A stretch of 64,000 nucleotides of DNA from assembly GCA_015063625.1 (NCBI GenBank), contig SVTT01000005.1, positions 44,979 through 108,978 of the forward strand, read 5' to 3'. A program made the translations under genes and the position numbers. Below the pieces are notes generated by a model. That model saw only the letters and a program-made list of their open reading frames with translations. It made no database searches and was not told the origin of the DNA. This document shows positions 27,417-35,767 of this stretch, piece after piece. This stretch comes from Oscillospiraceae bacterium. Lineage in GTDB: Bacteria; Bacillota; Clostridia; Oscillospirales; CAG-272. Each line of letters opens with the position of its first letter. Within the stretch, counting starts at the first letter, position 1.

Positions 27417-27817
27417 AAAAAAGCACTTGTGGCATAGCGTGATGTCCTTAACGGACAAATCACGCTAACTAAGTTTGCCCTTGCGGGCAAGTGAAGTTTA
27501 CTTCGTAAGTGAAGTTATCCTGCGGATAGTGAAGTTTTGCCTTCGGCAAAGTGGGCAAACTTAACTTCACTGCGAGCTTTGGTGAGCAACTTCACTGTGT
27601 ATCACACAACTTCACTTTTGCGGCAGCAAAAACTTCACTGACAGAAAAAGAGCAAACATACAAGATTTTTGTCTTGCGTGTTTGCTCTTTCTGTTTGTGA
27701 TATGGGTTTGGGCTTAGCCCATAGAGTATTTGACTAGTCAAATGCGATGCTCGCACTTAGCGGTATTTTTCAATTTCTCCGCTAAGGACATCGCCCAATA
27801 GCCGCAAGTGCTTTTTT
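27417..27817. repeat. ~39-bp imperfect inverted repeat (split terminator stem) bracketing a ~325-bp hairpin-rich segment
   Basis: The left arm is AAAAAAGCACTTGTGGCATAGCGTGATGTCCTTAACGG (27417-27454). The right arm is CCGCTAAGGACATCGCCCAATAGCCGCAAGTGCTTTTTT (27779-27817). The outer 17 bp differ at one base and match the stem of the intact terminator at 4435-4466. Confidence 0.7.
27437..27694 (+). repeat. zipper element, copy A (word GTGAAGTT / AACTTCAC)
   Basis: GTGAAGTT occurs at 27491, 27509 and 27529. AACTTCAC occurs at 27563, 27588, 27608 and 27631. Every spacer is self-complementary. The central hairpin is TTTGCC-TTCG-GGCAAA. Capping hairpins lie at 27437-27465 and 27641-27694. Confidence 0.75.
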
Positions 27818-27884
27818 CAGGTCACAGGGTCACCCGCAGTCCCCCTGTATAAAAAAGGAAAAAAGTGTCTATTCTCATTTTTGA

Positions 27885-27928
27885 GGGGCGCGAAAGATCC
27901 CCCGAGAGCGCGATGCTCTCGGGGGATC
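27885..27928 (-). terminator. terminator hairpin after RNase P RNA
   Basis: Minus strand reads GATCCCCCGAGAGC-ATCGC-GCTCTCGGGGGATC followed by TTTCG. The 14-bp stem is perfect but the T-run is weak. Confidence 0.55.
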
Positions 27929-28285
27929 TGAACCTTGCCGATAAGCCGGGTTCTGTCGTGAACGGCCATCTATCTGCGCCCTGCGTCGCCGCAGGGCTTC
28001 GGGATCGCTCCCGTGCCACCCGGGGGAATACGTCGGGCAAACATCCCCCATACGGTGTTGCTTCGGATAGGGTTTACAGCAAACCTATGTTACCATAGGA
28101 GTGGGTGAGCTCTTACCTCGCCTTTCCATCCTTACCCCTCTCTGAAAGGGGCGGTTTATTTCTGTTGCACTTTCCCGGCAGTCGCCTGCGGCTGACGTTA
28201 TCAGCTATCCTGCCCTTTGAAGCCCGGACTTTCCTCACGGTAATACCTTTCGGCAACATACCGCGCGGCCGTTTGGTAAGGTTAC
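27929..28285 (-). ncRNA. rnpB: RNase P RNA, bacterial type A
   Basis: The minus strand contains GAGGAAAGTCCGGGC, AGTGCAACAGAAATAAACCGCC, GGTAAGGATGGAAAGGCGAGGTAAGAGCTCACC and AGATAGATGGCCGTTCACGACAGAACCCGGCTTATCGG. P1 pairs AACCTTACC with GGCAAGGTT. A TATAAT lies at 28292-28297 (minus). Ends are approximate. Confidence 0.93.
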
Positions 28286-28340
28286 GGGCACATTATAGCA
28301 TGCGAAGGGCGATTTGTCAAGTGAAAAGAAGGAGAGGAAT

Positions 28341-29156
28341 ATGGATGCACTGTTCGTCTATTTCATTCGGCTGTGGTTTTCCTTTTCGGGGGTGTTCGTC
28401 ATGATGGGGCTTCTCGGCGAGGGGGTCAACCGTCTTTTCTGCCGCGCCGCGGGGATGAGAGAGGGACGCCGCTTTGCACTTTTGTCCTTTGCGCTCTATA
28501 CGCCGCTAAGGGAGCTCGGTCACCTGGTGGCGGCAGTGATATTCGGACACCGTGTGGGGGATTATTGCCTGCTGAATCTCTATGACCCAAAGGGTGAGCT
28601 TGGATTTGTCGAGCATTCCTACCGCCCTCATAGCCTGATCGCTAACCTTGGAAATTATTTTTTTGCCCTGATGCCCCTTTTGTTTTCGCTGTTTTCCGTG
28701 TTCTTGCTGCTCTGCGGCTTTTTTCGCGGGGAGGCAGGGGAGCTGCTTTCGTCGGTGCGCACGCATTCGGTGTCGGGTGCGGGGATCCTTGCTTATGCAA
28801 GGGAGGCGCTCACGCTGCTTGGCTCCCTGCTGCGTTTTCGCCTTTCGGATTTCTTTCGGCGAAGCCTTGGGTTGCTATTGCTTCTTCTCCTCTCACCCGG
28901 GGTCTATCTCTCGTTTGCGGAGCTGAAGGATGCACTGTGCGGCTTTTCGATATTTTTATTCGGCGTTTTGCTTTTCGCTTTTCTGAGCGAGGCGCGCTTT
29001 GGAAAGGAGGGAAGCCCGCTGACGGTTTTTTGCTCCTTTCTGGTCGGCATAACGCTCTCTCTTTTCTTCCTATCCTTTCTGCTTGCGGTGTCAAGCAGCC
29101 TCCTTGTCGCACTTGCCGCTTTGGCATCGCGTGGCTTGCGGGGATCTCAAAAATAA
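28341..29156 (+). CDS. hypothetical polytopic membrane protein
   Basis: ATG at 28341 (codon 10 of the track ORF) follows AAGGAGAGG; about 7 TM. It contains LRELGHLVAAVIFGH, which resembles a degenerate HExxH membrane-zincin motif with R in place of the first H. Confidence 0.5.
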   Translation: MDALFVYFIRLWFSFSGVFVMMGLLGEGVNRLFCRAAGMREGRRFALLSFALYTPLRELGHLVAAVIFGHRVGDYCLLNLYDPKGELGFVEHSYRPHSLIANLGNYFFALMPLLFSLFSVFLLLCGFFRGEAGELLSSVRTHSVSGAGILAYAREALTLLGSLLRFRLSDFFRRSLGLLLLLLLSPGVYLSFAELKDALCGFSIFLFGVLLFAFLSEARFGKEGSPLTVFCSFLVGITLSLFFLSFLLAVSSSLLVALAALASRGLRGSQK

Positions 29157-29251
29157 TTTTCGACAGGACTTGCAAAAACGGCTTTTTCGCGGTATAATAA
29201 GGTATCTGGGTTTGGTTTCGATTTCGTTGCTTCCAAGAAAAGGAGAGCCTT

Positions 29252-29896
29252 ATGCAAAAACTGATGAAAAATTGGATCTTCACGCTGATCACCTGCATCC
29301 TGCTGGCACTGCTTGCCGTGATCATGCTGTTGGGCGCCTTTGAGGTTGACGGCTTCACGCTTGCCCGTGATCTGCTGCACCTTCTCGTCGCCGTGATCCT
29401 GTCGCTCTACATTATTTTCGCACTGATCCCCATGGTCGTTCAATACCGCGGCAAGGTCAAAATGTTTGTTGTTGCCGAGATTGCGATCCTCATTCTCACC
29501 GTGATCGGACAGGCGTGCGTGCAGTTCGTCAACATCCCGATCCTCTCGGGGCTTCAGGCGTGCTCCGTGCTCGGACTTGCCATCTGGCTTCGCGGCGTGG
29601 TGGAAACCGTGCATGCGTATCTTCTGCGGGGCACCGAAAGCAAGAAGAAGATCCCACTTTGGGGGCTTTGCTGCTATATCGGTCTGAGTGCCTTCGGCAT
29701 GTGGCAGATCGCAAGACCCACCATTGCCGATAAGCATTTTCTGTTCGCCATCGGTGCGATCAGCTTGATCATGGCAGCCATCTTCGGTTACGCCACCGCG
29801 CAGAACCGCAAGGGCAAGGGCGAGGGCAAGAAGGTAAAGAAGAAAAAGAAAGAAGAGAAGGAAGAGAAAGAGCCCGAGCAGAAGCAGGAGGCTTGA
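29252..29896 (+). CDS. hypothetical membrane protein with K/E-rich C-terminal tail
   Basis: 214 aa, 6 TM. The tail is NRKGKGEGKKVKKKKKEEKEEKEPEQKQEA. RBS AAAGGAGAG lies upstream, and a TTGCAA-17-TATAAT promoter lies at 29170-29198. Confidence 0.55.
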   Translation: MQKLMKNWIFTLITCILLALLAVIMLLGAFEVDGFTLARDLLHLLVAVILSLYIIFALIPMVVQYRGKVKMFVVAEIAILILTVIGQACVQFVNIPILSGLQACSVLGLAIWLRGVVETVHAYLLRGTESKKKIPLWGLCCYIGLSAFGMWQIARPTIADKHFLFAIGAISLIMAAIFGYATAQNRKGKGEGKKVKKKKKEEKEEKEPEQKQEA

Positions 29897-29912
29897 TCTC
29901 AAGGAGAACAGA

Positions 29913-30635
29913 GTGAAAGAACCCAAGGCGCTCTGTGCGCAACCAAAAAACACCTATGTGCGAGCGTGCGCCCGTGACAGCCTGCCGAGGCGCTTTTGCA
30001 AGCGCCTCGGCGACGTCCTGCTTGCCCTTCCTCTTACGGTGTTTTTTGCCCCGTTAATGCTTGTTTTGACCGTCTTGATCTTTTTAAAGGATCCGGGAAA
30101 TCCCTTTTTCGTGCAGACGCGCACGGGCAGGAATGGCAAGCCCATCAAAATTCTCAAATTCCGTACCATGCGTCGGCATTCCGATGCACTGGAAACCATG
30201 CTGACGCCAGAGGAGCTGGCGTTGTATCGGCAGGAATATAAGCTGAATGACGATCCTCGCCTGCTCGGATACCGCAAGTCGGGCGACGGCAGACGGTGCT
30301 TTGGCGCGATCCTGCGCCGCACCTCGGTCGATGAGCTGCCTCAGATCCTCTTTAATGTGCTGCTTTGCGGCAATATGTCCATGGTCGGTCCCCGTCCCAT
30401 TCTCAGTGAGGAGCTGGAAAAGCATTATAGCCCCGAGGAGCAGCAGCTCTTTTTGTCGGCGAAGCCGGGACTTACCGGTTACTGGCAGGCGTATGCTCGC
30501 AATACCGCCTGCTATACCGACGGCAGACGGCAGGAGATGGAGCTTTATTATGCCGAGCACCGTAGCGCTTGGTTGGATATCCGCATCCTTTTCCGTACCG
30601 TTGTGGCGGTATTTTCAAAGGTGGGTGCGAAATAG
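29913..30635 (+). CDS. undecaprenyl-phosphate sugar phosphotransferase (bacterial sugar transferase family, WbaP/EpsL-like small form)
   Basis: GTG start follows GGAGAA. It has one TM helix, then PFFVQTRTGRNGKPIKILKFRTMR...DELPQILFNVLLCGNMSMVGPRP...KPGLTGYWQ. Confidence 0.85.
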   Translation: MKEPKALCAQPKNTYVRACARDSLPRRFCKRLGDVLLALPLTVFFAPLMLVLTVLIFLKDPGNPFFVQTRTGRNGKPIKILKFRTMRRHSDALETMLTPEELALYRQEYKLNDDPRLLGYRKSGDGRRCFGAILRRTSVDELPQILFNVLLCGNMSMVGPRPILSEELEKHYSPEEQQLFLSAKPGLTGYWQAYARNTACYTDGRRQEMELYYAEHRSAWLDIRILFRTVVAVFSKVGAK

Positions 30636-30702
30636 TTGCATCTGAACAAAGAGGGGAGCTGCCGCGTTTTTGCAGACTTAAAACACAAGATACAAAAGAA
30701 GA

Positions 30703-30748
30703 AGAAACCGCCTATGCGATCAAAAATGATTGCATAGGCGGTTTTTTT
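30703..30748. terminator. bidirectional terminator
   Basis: AAACCGCCTATGC...GCATAGGCGGTTTTTTT between convergent genes. Confidence 0.7.
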
Positions 30749-30866
30749 GGTGGAAATTAAAACAAATTTCGGCTTTTGTGTGCGCGTTTTCGGGCGCGAC
30801 CCCGACACGATAGCGTCGGGATCACGCCTGTTGCATCTCGGTGCGACAGCCCCTTGCTTTACTCGG

Positions 30867-32567
30867 TCAGGAGCCGAATTCCCAATCGGTCAGCTGATAG
30901 ATGCGCTCGGTTTCGGTTTCCTTGAAGCTTGCACAGAGCGTGTCGCCCACGGCGATCAGCATGAGCGCCTCGTCGTCGGCAACGCGCATTTTAAACACAC
31001 AGGCCCTTTCGTTGTAGTCGGCGGTGATGTAAAGCAGGCTTTCGCCGCCCGTGGTAATGATGCGCAGATCGCTGACCGCAAGGTCTGCCGTCAGCGTGGG
31101 CGCAGGCGCGGGCAGAGCGCCCTCGTCGATCATGCCCTCCTGCAACAGGAGCTGCTTGTAGTCTGCCATTGCCTCCTCTTGGGTCGTTCCCGTGGCGACG
31201 ATGCTGTATTTTTCCACGTTGACAAGCGCGTAAAGCTTGACAAGTCCGCCCGCATCCTTGAGGACCATGATGTAGGTGGCGCGTCCCGAGATATTGACCA
31301 GTGCAGGGAAGGATGCAATGTATTCCTTTTCCTGAACCTCGCCCTCGGCAGCCGCCATGGCGGAGTGCTCCTCGGCACCGATAACGGGGAAGAACTTGTA
31401 TTCGCCCGTGCGTGCGTTGGAGAGGATAAAGCCGATGTTGCTCTTGTCACTGTTGACGGAGGTCACACCCGTGTAGTACCACACGTCATCCTCGATGACC
31501 ACGTAGCCGAAATCGTCGGTGGTCTGCTTGCAGTCCTTGTTGCCGATGATGCTGTTGATGTAGCCGCCCGACAAAAGGCCCTTCCAGTCGTATTTTTCGC
31601 AGGCAAGATAGCCGTCATAGACGCCGTCGATCCATGCGGGGGTTTCGGCAACCGCATAGATCTCAGATTCACCGTTGACGGGATTAAAGAGGATGACCTC
31701 GCTCACGTCCTCGGCACCGAAGATGAGAACGCGAGGGCGGTAGCAGGGCACGACAAACATGGGATCGCCCTCGTCATTGACCTCAAAGCGAGGCTCGCCG
31801 AGGATCTTGGTGGGGTAGGAGAAGCGGAGCTTTCTCATCAGATCGTCCCCGAAAAAGCCGCTTTGCACATAACGGAGCGCCTTGTCAAGCTCCTGATAGG
31901 TCGCTGTGTTGTTGACAGGGTCGACCATCACGTAGCCGGGAATGCCGTTTGCGCGGTTGCCGATCCACTTAAAAAAGCCCGCATATTCAAGGTTTGACAC
32001 CTTTTTGGGGGTGCGCTGATAGTTGATCTGGTTGTAGGTGTCCGATACCTCATACTGTGACACAACGTGAGAAAGCGAGCCGAGGGTGCGGCTGCCGATG
32101 ATCCTTGCCGTATCGGTATCCATGAGTGCAATGTTGGTAATGCGCTCGGTCTCAGGCATGTCGTCCGAAAAATTTCCCTCGGTCACCGAGATCACGTCGG
32201 CGTAGGAGCGTGCGTTAAAAACGGCGGATGAGAAAATGCTGCCCACGATCAGGACAAAAAGCATGAGCGCAGCGGGCAAGAGAGGAAGCAGATGCGATTT
32301 CTTCATCGGGACGTGATATGCGCTCTTTGTCTTGAGGCGTACGTGGTTGCCTGCCTTGATTCGCTCAACAAGCGTCTTTGTGCCGTTGCCAAGCAACAGC
32401 AGGGGCAGGGCACCGAGCAAGGAAAGAAAGAGCAAATAGCCCCAGAACGCTTTGCTTTGCGGATTCATGGGTGGAAGAGCGATGTAATAGGTGAGAAAGG
32501 CGATCAGTGCCATCACCGTATACGCCACGCTGTACTTAAGGATTTTTTGCTTTTTGACGGTATCCAT
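30867..32567 (-). CDS. conserved-looking hypothetical protein, N-terminally membrane-anchored (3 TM) with a large extracytoplasmic domain
   Basis: 566 aa track ORF with RBS AAAGGAGG. TM helices lie at the N-terminus, followed by a ~450-aa soluble region. I could recognise no motif. Confidence 0.6.
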   Translation of the reverse strand: MDTVKKQKILKYSVAYTVMALIAFLTYYIALPPMNPQSKAFWGYLLFLSLLGALPLLLLGNGTKTLVERIKAGNHVRLKTKSAYHVPMKKSHLLPLLPAALMLFVLIVGSIFSSAVFNARSYADVISVTEGNFSDDMPETERITNIALMDTDTARIIGSRTLGSLSHVVSQYEVSDTYNQINYQRTPKKVSNLEYAGFFKWIGNRANGIPGYVMVDPVNNTATYQELDKALRYVQSGFFGDDLMRKLRFSYPTKILGEPRFEVNDEGDPMFVVPCYRPRVLIFGAEDVSEVILFNPVNGESEIYAVAETPAWIDGVYDGYLACEKYDWKGLLSGGYINSIIGNKDCKQTTDDFGYVVIEDDVWYYTGVTSVNSDKSNIGFILSNARTGEYKFFPVIGAEEHSAMAAAEGEVQEKEYIASFPALVNISGRATYIMVLKDAGGLVKLYALVNVEKYSIVATGTTQEEAMADYKQLLLQEGMIDEGALPAPAPTLTADLAVSDLRIITTGGESLLYITADYNERACVFKMRVADDEALMLIAVGDTLCASFKETETERIYQLTDWEFGS

Positions 32568-32663
32568 AAAGGACCTCCTTTGGCTGTAAAGCTTATCAGC
32601 TTGATTTCCTCTTGTCTATTATTATAGCGAGAGGCGGCGAATTTGTCAATGAAAAAGCACCCC

Positions 32664-32955
32664 TTGGGCGACCTACGGTAAAGCAGGTCGCCCAACTAAG
32701 TTTGCCCATTCGGGCAAGTGAAGTTTACTGCGTAAGTGAAGTTATCCTGCGGATAGTGAAGTTTTGCCTTCGGCAAAGTGGGCAAACTTAACTTCACTTG
32801 TGCGAAGCACAAACATCACTGCAAAGCAACTTCACTTTCACGTTAGTGAAAACTTCACCTATTACCTCCCGAAAAACGCAAATGTAACACACCATACTTG
32901 CAGAGCAAGAAGTGTGAAAAGGAGTACAGGCAAAATGCCCGTACTCCTTTTTGTT
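32664..32955 (+). repeat. zipper element, copy B
   Basis: GTGAAGTT occurs at 32718, 32736 and 32756. AACTTCAC occurs at 32790, 32828 and 32851, and AACATCAC at 32812. The left ~100 nt are almost identical to copy A. The capping hairpins are TTGGGCGACCT..AGGTCGCCCAA (32664-32695) and AAAAGGAGTAC..GTACTCCTTTT (32917-32951). Confidence 0.75.
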
Positions 32956-33142
32956 GTATTGGCGGTTGCCAAAACCTGCTTTATCGCAGGTCGCCGTTGC
33001 GTGGGGCTTTTGGTGTCCTGTGTTTCCGAATCGCTTTTGAGCGCTCTGCCCTTCGGGAATATTTGATCGCAATGCACCGTGCGCGAAAAAAGACCGCCCT
33101 GCCGATATTCGGCAGGGCGGTCTGCTGTAAAATGCGCTCGGA

Positions 33143-35767
33143 TCAGTCCTTGAGGGCTGCCTGAGCAGCGGCAAGGCGTGCGATCGGAACACGGAAGGGA
33201 GAGCAGGAAACGTAGGTGAGACCAACCTTGTGGCAGAACTCCACGGAGGAGGGGTCGCCGCCGTGCTCGCCGCAGATACCAAGCTTGATGTCGGGACGGG
33301 TCTTGCGGCCGAGGGTCGCAGCCATCTCAACCAGCTTGCCAACACCGGTCTGGTCGAGCTTCGCAAAGGGATCGTTCTCGTAGATCTTGGTGTCGTAGTA
33401 AGCGTCGAGGAACTTGCCGGCATCATCACGGGAGAAGCCGAAGGTCATCTGGGTAAGGTCGTTGGTGCCGAAGGAGAAGAACTCTGCCTCCTTGGCGATC
33501 TCGTCAGCGGTGAGAGCTGCACGGGGAATCTCGATCATGGTGCCGACCTTGTACTTGAGGTCAGAGCCTGCTGCCTTGATCTCGGCATCGGCGGTGGTCA
33601 CAACTGCCTTCTTGACGAAAGCAAGCTCCTTGATCTCGCCGACCAGAGGGATCATGATCTCGGGGACGATCTCCCAATCGGGATGAGCCTTCTTGACGTT
33701 CAGAGCAGCGCGGATGACTGCCTTGGTCTGCATCACGGCGATCTCGGGGTAGGTGACAGCGAGGCGGCAGCCACGGTGACCCATCATGGGGTTGAACTCG
33801 TGCAGGCCTGCGATGATGTTCTTGACCTCAGCAACTGTCTTGCCGGTGTTCTTGGCGAGCAGAGCGATGTCAGCCTCCTCGGTGGGAACAAACTCGTGCA
33901 GAGGCGGATCAAGGAAGCGGATGGTAACGGGGTTGCCCTCGAGAGCCTCGTAGAGAGCCTCAAAGTCGCCCTGCTGCATGGGAAGGATCTTGGCAAGAGC
34001 CTTCTCGCGACCCTCAACGGTGTCGGAGCAGATCATCTCGCGGATGGCGGCGATACGGTCAGCCTCAAAGAACATGTGCTCGGTGCGGCAAAGGCCGATG
34101 CCCTCAGCGCCAAGCTCACGAGCCTTCTTTGCATCGGTGGGCGTGTCGGCATTGGTGCGGACCTGAAGCTTGCGGTACTTGTCAGCCCAGCCCATGATGA
34201 TGCCGAAGTTGCCGGAGATCTCGGCATCAACGGTGGGAATGATACCGTCGTAGATCTTACCGGTGGAGCCGTCGATCGAGATATAGTCGCCCTCGGTGAA
34301 GGTCTTGCCTGCGAGGGTGAACTTCTTGTTTTCCTCATCCATTGCGATCTCGCCGCAACCGGAAACGCAGCACTTACCCATGCCGCGTGCAACGACTGCT
34401 GCATGAGAGGTCATACCGCCGCGAACGGTGAGAATGCCCTGTGCAGCCTTCATGCCGGTGATGTCCTCGGGAGAGGTCTCAAGACGGACGAGAATGACCT
34501 TCTTGCCTGCCTGGTTCCAAGCGTCGGCGTCGTCAGCGGTGAAGACGACCTGACCGCAAGCGGCACCGGGAGAAGCGCCAAGGCCCTTGCCCATGGGGGT
34601 AGCAGCCTTGAGAGCCTTGGTGTCGAACTGGGGATGGAGCAGGGTGTCGAGATTACGGGGGTCGATCATGAGAACGGCCTCCTGCTCGGTCTTGTGGCCC
34701 TCGGCAACGAGGTCAACGGCGATCTGGAGAGCAGCCTGTGCGGTGCGCTTGCCGTTACGGGTCTGGAGCATATAGAGCTTGCCGTGCTCAACGGTGAACT
34801 CCATGTCCTGCATATCGTGGTAGTGGTTCTCGAGGATGCCGCAGACCTTGACGAACTGTGCATAGGCCTCGGGGAACTTTTCAGCCATCTGTGCGATGGG
34901 CATCGGCGTACGAACGCCTGCCACAACGTCCTCACCCTGTGCGTTGGTAAGGAACTCGCCCATCATCTTCTTCTCGCCGGTGGCGGGGTCGCGGGTGAAG
35001 GCAACACCGGTGCCGCAGTCGTCACCCATGTTACCGAATGCCATTGCCTGCACGTTGACGGCAGTACCCCAGCTGTAGGGAATGTCGTTGTCGCGGCGGT
35101 AAACGTTTGCACGGGGGTTGTCCCAGGAACGGAACACTGCCTTGATGGCGCCCATCAGCTGGACCTTGGGATCGGTGGGGAAGTCCTCGCCGATCTTGGA
35201 TTTGTACTCGGCCTTGAACTGCTCTGCAAGCTCCTTGAGGTCGGCAGCGGTGAGGTCCACGTCCTGCTCGACACCCTTTTCTTCCTTCATCTTGTCGATG
35301 AGCTCCTCGAAGTACTTCTTGCCGACCTCCATGACGACGTCGGAATACATCTGGATAAAGCGGCGGTAGCAGTCCCAAGCCCAGCGTGCGTTGCCGGATT
35401 TTTCAGCCATCACGTTGACGACCTCTTCGTTCAGACCGAGGTTGAGGATGGTATCCATCATGCCGGGCATGGATGCGCGTGCGCCCGAGCGGACCGAAAC
35501 GAGAAGGGGATTCTCAAGGTCACCGAACTTCTTGCCGGTGATCTCCTCCATCTTAACGATGTATTCGTTGATCTCTGCCTGAATACCGTCGTTGATCTGT
35601 CTGCCGTCCTCATAGTACTGAGTGCATGCCTCGGTGCTGATGGTGAAGCCCTGGGGAACGGGAAGACCGATGTTGGTCATTTCAGCAAGGTTTGCACCCT
35701 TACCGCCCAGAAGCTCACGCATGTTGGCATTGCCTTCGGTAAACAAGTAGCAATACTTCTTTGCCAT
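33143..35767 (-). CDS. ppdK: pyruvate, phosphate dikinase
   Basis: ATG at 35767 inside track ORF 33143..36121, giving 874 aa. MAKKYCYLFTEGNANMRELLGGKGANLAEM is the N-terminus. The phospho-His loop is GGMTSHAAVVARGMG, and the C-terminal PEP-utilising motif is ICGEHGGDP. Confidence 0.95.
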   Translation of the reverse strand: MAKKYCYLFTEGNANMRELLGGKGANLAEMTNIGLPVPQGFTISTEACTQYYEDGRQINDGIQAEINEYIVKMEEITGKKFGDLENPLLVSVRSGARASMPGMMDTILNLGLNEEVVNVMAEKSGNARWAWDCYRRFIQMYSDVVMEVGKKYFEELIDKMKEEKGVEQDVDLTAADLKELAEQFKAEYKSKIGEDFPTDPKVQLMGAIKAVFRSWDNPRANVYRRDNDIPYSWGTAVNVQAMAFGNMGDDCGTGVAFTRDPATGEKKMMGEFLTNAQGEDVVAGVRTPMPIAQMAEKFPEAYAQFVKVCGILENHYHDMQDMEFTVEHGKLYMLQTRNGKRTAQAALQIAVDLVAEGHKTEQEAVLMIDPRNLDTLLHPQFDTKALKAATPMGKGLGASPGAACGQVVFTADDADAWNQAGKKVILVRLETSPEDITGMKAAQGILTVRGGMTSHAAVVARGMGKCCVSGCGEIAMDEENKKFTLAGKTFTEGDYISIDGSTGKIYDGIIPTVDAEISGNFGIIMGWADKYRKLQVRTNADTPTDAKKARELGAEGIGLCRTEHMFFEADRIAAIREMICSDTVEGREKALAKILPMQQGDFEALYEALEGNPVTIRFLDPPLHEFVPTEEADIALLAKNTGKTVAEVKNIIAGLHEFNPMMGHRGCRLAVTYPEIAVMQTKAVIRAALNVKKAHPDWEIVPEIMIPLVGEIKELAFVKKAVVTTADAEIKAAGSDLKYKVGTMIEIPRAALTADEIAKEAEFFSFGTNDLTQMTFGFSRDDAGKFLDAYYDTKIYENDPFAKLDQTGVGKLVEMAATLGRKTRPDIKLGICGEHGGDPSSVEFCHKVGLTYVSCSPFRVPIARLAAAQAALKD

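Noticed and set aside
24730-27435. 431-aa and 397-aa minus-strand ORFs inside ftsK
   Set aside because: They are antisense to ftsK. The first merely mirrors the 60-bp coding repeat, giving ARLPQAYGRAARW repeats.
27491-27638. Word/spacer arrays of the zipper elements as a CRISPR or CRISPR-like array
   Set aside because: The repeats are only 7-9 nt and the spacers 8-17 nt and self-complementary. The arrays flip orientation midway, and there is no cas or other associated gene. This is not CRISPR architecture.
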